A stretch of DNA of 64,000 nt from Diadema antillarum (Eukaryota): the NCBI RefSeq assembly GCF_040938485.1, contig NW_027272928.1:62001-126000 (forward strand), written 5' to 3'. This document shows positions 1-10,520 of the stretch, in pieces. Position 1 is the first letter of the stretch. Each line of letters begins with the position of its first letter. The position numbers were made by a program, and so were the translations under genes. The notes beneath the pieces are model-generated. The model searched no databases. It was not told the DNA's origin and was given only the letters and a program-made list of their open reading frames with translations.

Positions 1-1922
1 GATTAAACTGAAAATTTACTCACATGATAGCAGCCCAAATTTGCTGTCTCTATTATCACACACAAACACAAGCATGGAGTCGGTCATCTGCTTGGCGACT
101 TTCTCGTAGTGGTAGAGACTTGTAGAACGTGCATGAGTTACGTAATATGACCACTCACCACAGTCGGGATCGCTGATGCCCAATACCCTCAAAAGACTTT
201 CCACAGTGTTGCATGCGTTCACCTATGATGGGCTGTAGGACAGCAGCGAACTAAATTTCTTGCGCTTAATTTCAAGTTGTGCAGCTACAACCAAGGTTCC
301 TCTGATTCTGGCAATCCGAGCAACATTTATTAATTTATCATGCCGGTAAACTTGTCAAGAATTGCTCGATAATCGTCTTTAGAAGCTGTATTGCTGGACA
401 TGTTGCCAAACTGCTACCGGTAAAGTCGCATTCTTAGATTACAATGTACATTTCGTTAACCCCAGTTGTAGATTGATAAGTCCCATATATAGCTTTTGGT
501 GTAGGGTTCTATGTGAAACTTTATAATGTTTGTTCAAATTCACTTCAGCTTCACGCCTGAAGCCGAAGTCAATTTTCTAAAAGAGTATAGATCTATCCAA
601 ATCTAGATTTACTTCATACTTGTGTGCTAGGGACTTTTCGCTAGGGAATTGAATTGTGCTAGATAACTTGGCCCATCTTATCTTGGTTTGCGTGAAGTCA
701 TGACATAAAATAAAGGCAGTGTAATTTATGCAACCACACGCGTGTGTCTTTACCATCCAGCCACACGAGTGTGGCTGTAGCCATGGCCAGAGTTGCTGGA
801 TCGGATACAGCCACACTCGTGGATGCGTGTGTACATACAGTAGATCTACCACACACACGGAGAAGCTCATGTGTATGCAGTCAAGCAGTGTGTGCCAGCA
901 AAATGTTGCCACCGCAGACCAGCACTTTGACTTCGAGGAAATTTGTCAAAATTTCATCTGACAAGCTCTCGTTTGTGTGCAGAATTTGAATTGTGTGCCT
1001 GACTGGTAGAAAATTGTTGGCTTAGACAACCTTAAAAAGAACTTAAAGTTCATAAAAATAAGATTTCAAGACTGTTCTCTGCTCTCTGCTGCCAACTGTG
1101 AGATAAGTAAAGTAACTTCACAAAATTGACAGAAAAGAAGTACATATACAATTTGTAGCATAAACTGGCTTGGCAGCAATAAGACCCATTGAATTTTACA
1201 ACTTTCCATGTTTACGGAACCAATGCCAGCGATGGCAAGTTCAGGCGCATCATCTCTTCTATAAATGGAAAAAAGAAACCACTGTTGCACTGGTGGAACA
1301 GGATTACATTTCAGAAAAAGGATATCAATCCACCCTTGTCATAGCTTGCTGTGCAACGCCGAGCTGATTTTCTGGCAAGCCCTGAGCGCCAGATAGTGCC
1401 GTGCTGGCCATGACTACTACAATCTATCAATTCAAAATCTAGTTGAACATTCAGATCAAATGCTACAAGATATCTTGAACAATCTTTTCATTAAATAATG
1501 ATCATACACATATATCCATGTTTAAATATTATATCCTGCTGATTATGTCTGTCCAAAACAATATAACATTCATTATAAGACTTGATCTGCATTTGGCAGA
1601 TTGGACTATGTAAAGTAAGATGAGGAATACAAATTTTGATCAAGATGTGAACTTGTAGAGTAAACTAGGAAACATGATTCCACACTTAGTGCATTACACA
1701 GACAAATGGAATACAACTGACTTAATTATATCTCTATTCAAAGATGTATTAATCAGTTTCTTTCACAAATTGCAACAGAATAAAGATAATGAGAGGCCCG
1801 TGCCTTTTTACTCAAGTCAATGTAGTGTTGCTATGTATTGCATGTCTTTCTACTTTGTACATTCTATTCATGCGTAATTTGATGTGAAATTATTTAACTC
1901 AAAATGTTTCCTCTTCTTCTAG

Positions 1923-1964
1923 ATCAAAAGTGTGAGCATTTGTTATGTTGGTGGTGACTAAGAC
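1923..1964 (+). other. KIAA0586: 5' UTR portion of first coding exon of TALPID3-like gene
   Basis: Pyrimidine tract plus AG acceptor (tgtttcctcttcttctag) ends at 1922. An in-frame TAA lies two codons before ATG 1965, which has a good context (gacATGG). Confidence 0.6.
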
Positions 1965-2508
1965 ATGGCAGCTTCAGGTCTCATGGAGAATTCAACTTCA
2001 CAGACCAAGCCAGAGCAACTACCATCATTCAACCGTAGCATGGGTGCTAGGAGCATTGACACTTCAGGAAGTTCCGTTTCTAGTGAGGTGCTTGAAAAGT
2101 CCGGAATCAATGTCTTGCCGCATACCAAGTCCAGGCCATCGCTGGATGCGTCAGACTCCAGCCATTCAAGCACTGGCTCGGTGCGAGTGAGGATCAAGGC
2201 GAAGTACCTCAAAGAGAGAAGATCCCCCTTTGAGAAAGGTGACATCGCTGCGGATCAGCCTCAGCTGCCACCTGCCCTGCCAAGTAACTTGCCTGAAGGT
2301 TATGAGAGAGGGAAGGACACTGCTGATGTCTATAGCAATGGTTATCAAGCTACAGACCTTCATTCTGGCATACCAGGATCACCAGAAACGAGTTCAAAAG
2401 TTAGCGGTAGCCAAATGCAGAGTTTTCCCCAATCGACTCCAGCTGGGAATCACTTAAAAAATCCCAACAAGGTTCCTGGAGAAGCTTTGACATCCGGTAA
2501 CAATGCAG
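1965..2508 (+). CDS. KIAA0586: TALPID3-like coding exon 1 (Ser/Pro-rich N-terminus)
   Basis: 182-aa ORF starting MAASGLMENS. Donor GCAG|GTTAGC is phase 1 (544 nt) and matches the phase of the next exon. No recognisable homology on its own; assigned by splice-phase continuity to the motif-bearing exons. Confidence 0.75.
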
Positions 2509-3084
2509 GTTAGCTTGCATGAACTGAATTGATATGAGAGGAGTTAGTTGTTTGTATATTTTTTTTCTTCAAAGTTTTGAGTTTTCAAGCTTTGTTGTGT
2601 CTGGAAAGATGCTGCTTTTATACTTTGTAATACAAGTCAGGGTATATAGATACAATGTACTAGTACATGCTCTTAGCATTGTCCTCTGAGTGCATTCTTA
2701 AAAAGAGGTCTGATTTTGTTTATAGTGGGATGTGGAGACACAGCGAGGTGATTGAATGTGATCATTGACCTCGCATGTTTGTAGACTGCTACATATATGT
2801 ACACCTGTAAATTGGACTGCTATACCTGTAAATGTATTCGGACACATACCTTTTACATTTATAGACAATTGTTTACTTTCCCTAGCTATTGCATTCTTAG
2901 TAAAATATGTAGAACTGTAAGCAGGTTGGAGAGCAATATTTGATTGTGGGGGTAGGGTATGCAACCGATGGAATAATTATAAGCAAAATTAATGCAGAAT
3001 ATGATGTGAAATTCAGTTATGTGTTTTAGGCTTAGTTGTGTCATCCTGCTATTAACCTTTATTCTGTGAATGTCTATATTGCAG

Positions 3085-3179
3085 ATACTTGTAACAACGG
3101 TGCGCCTCCTTCAAAAGTTCCTTTTCCAGTAAAAAACAAAGAAATTTATTCTTCCACTAAAGTCAAGACTGCAGCCAAG
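3085..3179 (+). CDS. KIAA0586: TALPID3-like coding exon 2 (DTCNNGAPPSKVPFPVKNKEIYSSTKVKTAAK)
   Basis: Acceptor tattgcag and donor AAG|GTATGT. 95 nt, phase 1 to 0, open frame. Confidence 0.75.
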
Positions 3180-3350
3180 GTATGTTGTGATATCCTCTAA
3201 AGATTACTTTTGTCTGGTATTAAGTTTACGTAATGTGCATGCACAAACGTGATATCCATGTGGATGTATATTTATATCAGATGTATCTCTCTCAAACATT
3301 GTAAACCTCAGTTTACGTCTATTCCTTTATTATTCCATCTGTTTCTACAG

Positions 3351-3408
3351 ACAAATGAATCTGAAGAAGACATTGATGTTGAAAGCTTGTTCTGTATATT
3401 AATATTTG
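3351..3408 (+). CDS. KIAA0586: Probable TALPID3-like coding exon 3 (TNESEEDIDVESLFCILIF), possibly alternative
   Basis: Strong acceptor (ccatctgtttctacag) and donor TTG|GTAAAT. 58 nt, phase 0 to 1. The donor choice is uncertain. Confidence 0.5.
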
Positions 3409-4240
3409 GTAAATGTATACCAGATAAATCAAAGTTTCGTGAGATATTTGGTGTGTGCTATACTGTGTACTGTATATATTTCATAATGATTAATATTTGC
3501 AAATTGTGCAAGTTGTCTCATATTTGCAATGAAAGCAATTTTTTCGAATGTAAATATTTATTTCATATCATATTTAATATAATTTTTCTTTGTATTGTTA
3601 TCCATGCATGATATTATGAACTACTTAGTCTTCTTATCCATTAATGACAGCACCAAACTTTGAAAATTCTTAACTTTTGAATGGATTGTTCGATTTTCGT
3701 CAAACTCTGCTTAAGTGTTCTACTAATATTGCTGCACTCACTCAATTATATTTTGGTGTAGTTTCCTTTAATACCTTTTGTTTTTCTTGCTGTATATTTT
3801 TGTTTTTTGTTTTTTTGTGATGAGACATTTTCCAGTCACCTTTAAGTCTGATTCTTAAAAAAAAAAACCACACATCAGAACATTGATCTGACTGTTGTTA
3901 AATGTTGACTGCGTCAGTGGTAATTGAAGGGATAATAAGGTTTGGTGTATCCTTCTTTTTTTTCTCAGTCCTATCATTTAAGTAGCATGATGTAGCAATA
4001 CTTGCTCAAATCATTAAAGTAGAGTAGGTAACCCTTGATGTCCATTTCTTTTTCCATTTTGTGTTGAAGTTACCTTAGATACTTACTAAACCCTACAGTC
4101 AAAATCTACCATTTCTTTTAATGTCTTTAGCTGCTCTTTAAATCTACGTCACCTTCATCATTACTCCATGCATGGCATCACTGTGTTAGACTGCCAAATT
4201 ATAACACAGATTTCAATGCACTGTCCTTACCAGGCATCAG

Positions 4241-4379
4241 GCATTCTACGGCAGGGAGAAGTGACCACTGCAATGGGGGCACAGGGTGCTCAGTTGGGTC
4301 AGTCCCTTGACGTGAGGGTCATTCAATATGGCAGCAGAGGAAAACGGCTGCAGGTCATGAGCGAGCAGCTTTCGAAAAG
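4241..4379 (+). CDS. KIAA0586: TALPID3-like coding exon 4 (GILRQGEVTT...DVRVIQYGSRGKRLQVMSEQLSKR); alternative acceptor at 4234
   Basis: Tandem acceptors ttaccag|4234 (phase 0) and catcag|4241 (phase 1). Donor AAAAG|GTCTCT is phase 2, matching exon 5. DVRVIQY resembles the recalled human DIFISQY. Confidence 0.65.
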
Positions 4380-4946
4380 GTCTCTACTTATGGTTCTTCG
4401 GAGTTTGCTAGAGGAATATCACATGATATGAGCATATATTCATATCATAATTACCAGTCATAAGCATATTGTTGTTAACAGTGCTAGGATGTCAGTGTCT
4501 TAATCCTGAATACATACAGACAAAGTAAAATGGAGTCTGGTATTCTGCAAATATTTATAATGGAAACTGTCAATTGGTATACGTTGTAAACAGGATCTGA
4601 TACTTGCTTTGTAACTATGTCAAGCAAAAGAGCTTTTCCTTAGAGGGCAGTGTAAAACCATGAAGAAAGAGTCACAGTGTGTGTTATATCATAAGTGCTT
4701 ATGTCTATTTCATGCATTGATGTCTAGCTGTATATCAGTTATGAAATTAAGATTGGAATGTGAGATTCTGCTGCATAGTTTACTTTTTCATTTTTGACCA
4801 TGTTCAAGGGACACAGAATACCAACTACTAGGCGTGATAGGTATGCTTGTGTTTGGTCAAAAACACATTGATTATTCACATCTTCTTTTACAAATGAGCT
4901 ACTGTCCTCATGCATTTCCTGTTTCATTTCTTATTTTCCATGGCAG

Positions 4947-5118
4947 GCATGGCAACACGAGACCAACAACAAGGGTCGTGCAACCCAAGCTGATAGCGAG
5001 CAACAAGCCGACCCCATCTCAGTCTGCCAGCACACACCCCCAGAGTGACTCGGGCAGCATGGTGACAGCATCTGCAGCTGCAGCTGCAGCGGTGGCTGCC
5101 ACAGTCCCACTGCTCAAG
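4947..5118 (+). CDS. KIAA0586: TALPID3-like coding exon 5 (ends SAAAAAAVAATVPLLK)
   Basis: Acceptor ttttccatggcag and donor AAG|GTCGCT. 172 nt, phase 2 to 0. Matches the recalled human AAATAAAIATAAPLIK. Confidence 0.9.
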
Positions 5119-5803
5119 GTCGCTCATTTTTCACTTCTGCAGCTGATGTGTTTCTCACTTCATTCCTTGCATAAGCCGTAATTTTGCATCAGATTATACC
5201 ATGCTATTTTTTTTTATGCACTGACTTCTGATTAGGTGCAGACAGGGCAGTGTGGAATTTTTCACTCGGAATTTCAATTATATTGAAAGAGTAAAATGAA
5301 TTTCTTTGAGGCAATTAGAAAATGTTATGACTATCTGAAGGGGAAAATGATTAAGCACTGATTTTTTTTTCTTCTTTTTACTGCTTCCATCTGCAATGAT
5401 TTCAGCCCTTGTAGTTTGCCACTGTGAAGCCAATTGCCATAGTAATCATAGTAGAAACTGGTAAGGGCTTTTAAAAGAGGGAACAGACATCTGAATACTG
5501 TTTATCACAAGCTACAATTCACTTTCTTTAATTAGGATTTGTCATACTCACTGAACCAAAGAGTGAATATGACATGCTTTCAGCATTTGAAGTAGAAGCT
5601 TATCATTCAATGGCATATTAGTTAAGACTACTAGGTTGCCATAAGGGAGGAATGTTTGCATATCAGAATGTGCCAAAGTGTGTTCATGAACAAAATGGTA
5701 TCTGTGCATTAGTGCCTCTTACTTTATGTCTTTCGTGTATCCCTTGTGAATGATGTGTAACCAACTACGTGCAGCTGCGTTTTTTAATCTCACCTTCTCA
5801 CAG

Positions 5804-6022
5804 ACCCAAAGTGACCTCGAGTCCAAGATGAGCCATATCATGGAAAAGCTGTCCATCCTCGAGCATGCTGGCCATGGGCCGCCTCCCCAGCCCACATGGG
5901 CCTACCCGCAGGGTCCGGGATGGGGGGTTGAGGGCCCAGGAGCGCAGTATCGTCTGGAGGAGCTGACCAGACTGCAGCTTGAACATCTGGAGCAGCTTCA
6001 GATGAAGCAGCAAGAACTGCAG
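5804..6022 (+). CDS. KIAA0586: TALPID3-like coding exon 6 (TQSDLESKMSHIMEKLS...LEHLEQLQMKQQELQ)
   Basis: Acceptor caccttctcacag and donor CAG|GTAACA. 219 nt, phase 0 to 0. Matches the recalled human VQSDLEAKVNSV and HIRHLEKLQQQQ coiled-coil segments. Confidence 0.92.
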
Positions 6023-6555
6023 GTAACAGTTATGAAGATGATTACCCTGATTTTTTTTTTTCCACAATTCGATGGCTTACAATTGTGCGTGGGGACAATG
6101 ACATGATTTTTAGGGTGTGATTTGCTCCAATATCTATGATATCATTCAAACTGGACTTTTTTTTTTATCAGTGCAGTTTTTGTCTGCCTTATGAATCAAA
6201 TGTTCCTACTTTCGTAACTTGTCTGCTTGTTTGCATTATGCTGAATGTTATTGTTTGGTGTCATGTTAGGCTTTACGTGTGGGTATTTCTGTCATTCTTG
6301 TTTTCGTTCTCATTCTTGATGTGTTTAATTGTCATCATCAGTGGGTATTGAAAATGGAATCATATCAATAAACAGGCTCTTGAACATATAAATTCATTTC
6401 AGTGTACAATTATATAACCACTTCTCAACATCATGTTGCTATTGATATGGTGTAGCATTTTTTGAAAATGAAACTAATACTGCATTTATGTAGATCTGTT
6501 AGTGTACTTGAAGTAGGGCACACACAATATCATCTGCTAAATCACTCGCACTTAA

Positions 6556-7130
6556 AGGGACGCAGTCCTCACGAAATTTAAAAAAATATGTTGTTGTTGG
6601 TACCTCAAATGAACTACTTTCATCAAAAACAAACTTTCAAATCACCAAATAAGCTCGTACATTTCGGTTAAAAAAGTGTGACTCTGCAAATGAGCAAGTC
6701 TTGGCGGAGAGTCATACGTCATCGATGCACAACTCTTTCCAGCGGTGTTCTGCTCGTCATGCGTACGCTCCCTAGTTATTTATAAATACATGTTTACTAT
6801 TTATTTTTATATTAATTGTATATATAAATAAGCTTGAAATATTTTGTTTGAAATAATAAAACCACATATTGTCACATCTTATGAAAAAATCAGATATGAT
6901 CATTTTGTACACTTAAATTGGTTTTCTGAGGCACGGCTGTCAACTTGAGAGTAGGGCATCAATGACGTTGCACCTTTTGGCAGGCTCTTACACGATCGCT
7001 TGCAGGAATTATTTTTTAAAAATCGCGTACGGAGACAATTTTTGATGTCCACGCGTATAAATTGGTGAAAGGTTATATTTTTTACTCTTCTTAAATATCA
7101 GTACAGTGAAAATCTCAGGACTGCTTCCCT
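6556..7130. mobile_element. Kolobok-like non-autonomous DNA transposon (575 bp)
   Basis: TIRs AGGGACGCAGTCCT / AGGGAAGCAGTCCT (13/14). Flanked on both sides by TTAA (6552-55, 7131-34). AG termini with a TTAA TSD are typical of Kolobok. No ORF. Confidence 0.8.
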
Positions 7131-7247
7131 TTAAGATTTGGTCACATCTTAAGATTAATCGAACAAATTGAGGCGAAACAGAAAGAGTAAGTGCAAGTTG
7201 TCTTTCTACTTTCATTTGATGTCAAAGCTAGTGACAGGTAAACGCAA

Positions 7248-7570
7248 GGCGCGGTCAGACTGGCAAAAGATTGAGAAGTTTAACATTGCGATCTTTAAGA
7301 TCTCGAAGCTTTCCCAGTGTGACAGCAAACTTCTTGTGAAAAGTCCCACTCCAACCAGGGATATTTCCCTCACCCCCGTCAAACTTCTCGATCTGTTTCC
7401 GGGCGCTGTCTACGAAGCGCGAGGTCATTGTCATGTACAGATGTGCATTGTTTCGTCACAATCACTAGCCCGTCGAACAACGCACTCTTTCTTCTTTCTT
7501 GTTCGCGCATACAAATGACCCAAACTTTGCGATCTTAAACTTCTCGATCTTTTGCCAGTCTGACCTCGCC
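7248..7570. mobile_element. PIF/Harbinger-like MITE (323 bp)
   Basis: ~36-bp TIR GGCGCGGTCAGACTGGCAAAAGATTGAGAAGTTTAA with 2 mismatches. Flanks are CAA/TAA, a TWA-type TSD with one change. Confidence 0.75.
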
Positions 7571-7665
7571 TAATGTGGCTCATGTGTTCATATTATATGA
7601 AGAACAAGGTAGAATATTACCGCATAATGTGTCATTTTCCTTGCATCATTTTTTCTCTCTCCCAG

Positions 7666-8239
7666 GCCGCAATGACAGAGTTGTCCAGGGGTAACGTTGC
7701 TGCCAGCACTGTGACTGGACCAAGTTCTGCAGCTGGTCCTCTTACAGGTGCCCAGACCCCAAATGCCACTGAACTATCCTCCCAGAGTGCTTCCAGAGAT
7801 AGACAGCATGCAAGGAGAGAGGGTAGGGTGGCATCAGAACTTTCAGTGACTGCTCCCAGTGAAGGGGCTGATCCAAGTGACATGCGCGCACCGGTGGACA
7901 AGGGTTCACAAATGTATACTATTCCAGCAACTTTTAAACCAGAACTTAATAAGAACAACCTGAACACAGTAGATCAACCGAAGTCAGGCAAACGTGTCCA
8001 GTACACACCGGCAGTAACCTTTCACGGACTCAGTCAGGGGCGCGAAGCTGGTGTGACGAGCCCCGACAGAAGAGGTGGAGATGATGCACCGCAAGCAGAA
8101 GCTCTGAGTCAGGACGATGTCTCAGCCGCAAGCAACGTGTCACGCGGCACCCGTTCATCACCTCTGGACACGCCTGCACCCCGTAGGCATGCCCCAGTGC
8201 CACATGCCAGAGGTTCCAGAACCAGAATAACACACCTAG
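7666..8239 (+). CDS. KIAA0586: TALPID3-like coding exon 7 (contains SPLDTPAPRRHAPVP)
   Basis: Acceptor ttttctctctcccag and donor TAG|GTGAGT. 574 nt, phase 0 to 1. Matches the recalled human SPLETPAPRRFAPVP. Confidence 0.92.
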
Positions 8240-8320
8240 GTGAGTCTGATGAAGAAATGTCGAGCCTTTTTTTTTTTTTTAACAACCTTTGCTGTTGCTC
8301 CTGTGCCGATAATTTGTTAA

Positions 8321-8405
8321 CCTGTTGAGGATGAGTCCCTAGTATACTCGGGCAGGTGTCTATGGAAAATGCGTGTAGTAGCAAAGTCAGGCCGTCCTCA
8401 ACAGA
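8321..8405. mobile_element. piggyBac-like miniature element (85 bp)
   Basis: TTAA on both sides (8317-20, 8406-09). TIR CCTGTTGAGGATG versus TCTGTTGAGGACG. Confidence 0.6.
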
Positions 8406-10399
8406 TTAAAGTGGACACAAGATCAAGGGCTTGCAGTAACAAAAACAGCAAGATTCCACAAATGTTTAGTGTCCCTATAGCCTCCTGGCTGTGTAATCAG
8501 GCAAATAGAATATATAGAAGCTGCCCAGGCAAGACAATAATGGGCTACATTTGTAGGTATTCTATCATATGTGTGGTTCATAGTGTCATAAACACAGTGA
8601 ACACCAAACACCTCGGCAAGTACACATTTTTTTTTCCAAATTGCTGCAAGCTCTATTTACAGTAAGTACAATTTTTTTTTCATTTTGACTTTTTTTGTGT
8701 GTAATGTGGACAAACGTCTCTATTGGGTAAGTCACTTCACCCTCTTTTGCAGTGTTGAAAAATACAAATGTACTTAATAGCACTTTAGTAGTTACTGGTA
8801 GAGATGGCCTTTGGACCTGATTATACTACAGGTGTAAAAAATCATGCCTTGTCTTTGTTTTATGGAAATGAAGAGGAATAACCTTTCTTTTTCTTCTTTT
8901 TTAAGGTACTCTTATACTTAATGTAACTAATTCTTAGGTTTCATTACATTCAAATATTCACCTTGATATACATTTTTTTTTCCAACGGTGCTAAGCTTTA
9001 TTTAGATTGCTTAGTCTTTTGCAAGATTTTTATGGAAATTGCATGTTACCATGGATTTCAAGATTTTTCTTGTGAACTATAAAAGTGTCTATCTTTTCTT
9101 TACAAATGTCATCGCCAATGTTGCCATCTCTAGAATCTGGCATAAATTGCCTCTGGATGCAGTTTCTGGATACAGCATCTGAAGAAAACATTCTGATGTG
9201 ATAATACAGTGCCTACATCCTGTAAACTGTATGTGTGTGTTTGTGTGTGATGAATCTTCTGCCTCAATGCATGTAAGGAATCATAAAAGTTAACATCTTG
9301 TTTGTTTGTTTGTTTTTTTTTTCATTCCTACTGGAGGAATTGAATGTCTTTCTTTGTCTTTACCAATTTCCAAATTTGAATATATATATGAATACTTTAT
9401 ACAGCAAATTGCTCTTTGCACAGTTTTCAGGGAGATATTGCTGACAGATGAGGTATGCCAGTTCTTACACCTTGCTTATGAAGGCAACACTGCATATGAG
9501 ACGTACTCCCTCTACTGTCCATATCTGGACATGTTTACCTTTTCATTTCAGATTTTGGAGAAGACCTAGATATTGTATAAGCTCTGAAAGGTCAAATTAT
9601 TGATTCCAACAAGGATTTTTTTCCCCTGCATTTCTTGGAATTGTTCTTCATCTGTAGTGGTTTTGGATGTGAATACGCTTTGTGGGATTGCATGCTTTTT
9701 TTCTGTTGAAGATCTCTTGCTGTGAATATGGCATTTGCACAGATTGTGCCATCTGGTTGTACATGAGTATCAGTACAGTCCATTGCTAATTACAATAGGT
9801 ACAGTAAATAAAGTGAAGTATAAGAAATCAAATGTTAAAAGGCAGATCAAGTTGAAAAGAAGAAGAAAAAAAGATGATTTCAAAAACATAGCTAGTGGGT
9901 GGAGGGAACTGATTAATACACACAAGCAACTATCATTCAGTGTTAAGGTTGAGGCCGTACTGGTTACAAAGCACACTTGTGTCGTGACATGCTTGGGATT
10001 GCAAGTACGCAGCGACGTGAAGTCAAACAAACCTCAACAGACCACATAATGGATTAACTCGGTGTAAACAGAAACATGTGTTACATTGTCGCACGTATAA
10101 AGGTAGCAGGATGTCATGGGTTTGTGTTGACAAGATGATCAATACATGAAGTGTGTCATTGTCAATGTGATTTTTTGAAATGAAATGTCTGCCACTGAAA
10201 ATAATCGTTCTGTTGAGTTACTAAATTTATATGCATTATATATCTGGCTTACATGTTTCAAATGTGGAGAAAAGTTATATCCCGAGACAAGGGAAGATTT
10301 TAGCAGCATCGATTATAGTTATCATCACTGAAAACAAAATCATAAAGATTTGTGTGTTTCATGCTGTTATGAATGCATATGTTTTGTTTTTTTCTACAG

Positions 10400-10520
10400 G
10401 AAAAGGGCTGTTGGAAGAGATTCTGTCTAGTCATGATGAGGATGAGCGGACGATTGCCAAGAGACAGGGAGAGAAAGGAACAGCTTCTTCACCACAGATT
10501 GGCAACTCATTTGGCTTAAG
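10400..10520 (+). CDS. KIAA0586: TALPID3-like coding exon 8 (GKGLLEEILSSHDEDER...)
   Basis: Acceptor gttttttttctacag and donor AAG|GTACAA. 121 nt, phase 1 to 2. LLEEIL matches the recalled human LLEQIL. Confidence 0.85.

Noticed and set aside
159-222. Minus-strand AG...GTGAGT-bounded 64-nt segment (VNACNTVESLLRVLGISDPDC or ...HCGKSF...)
   Set aside because: No recognisable protein and no partner exon in the window. HCGKSF lacks the rest of a C2H2 finger.
9104-9178. Minus-strand 75-nt exon-like unit (ttttcttcag...TTT|GTAAAG)
   Set aside because: Isolated with no homology; plausible by chance in AT-rich intron.
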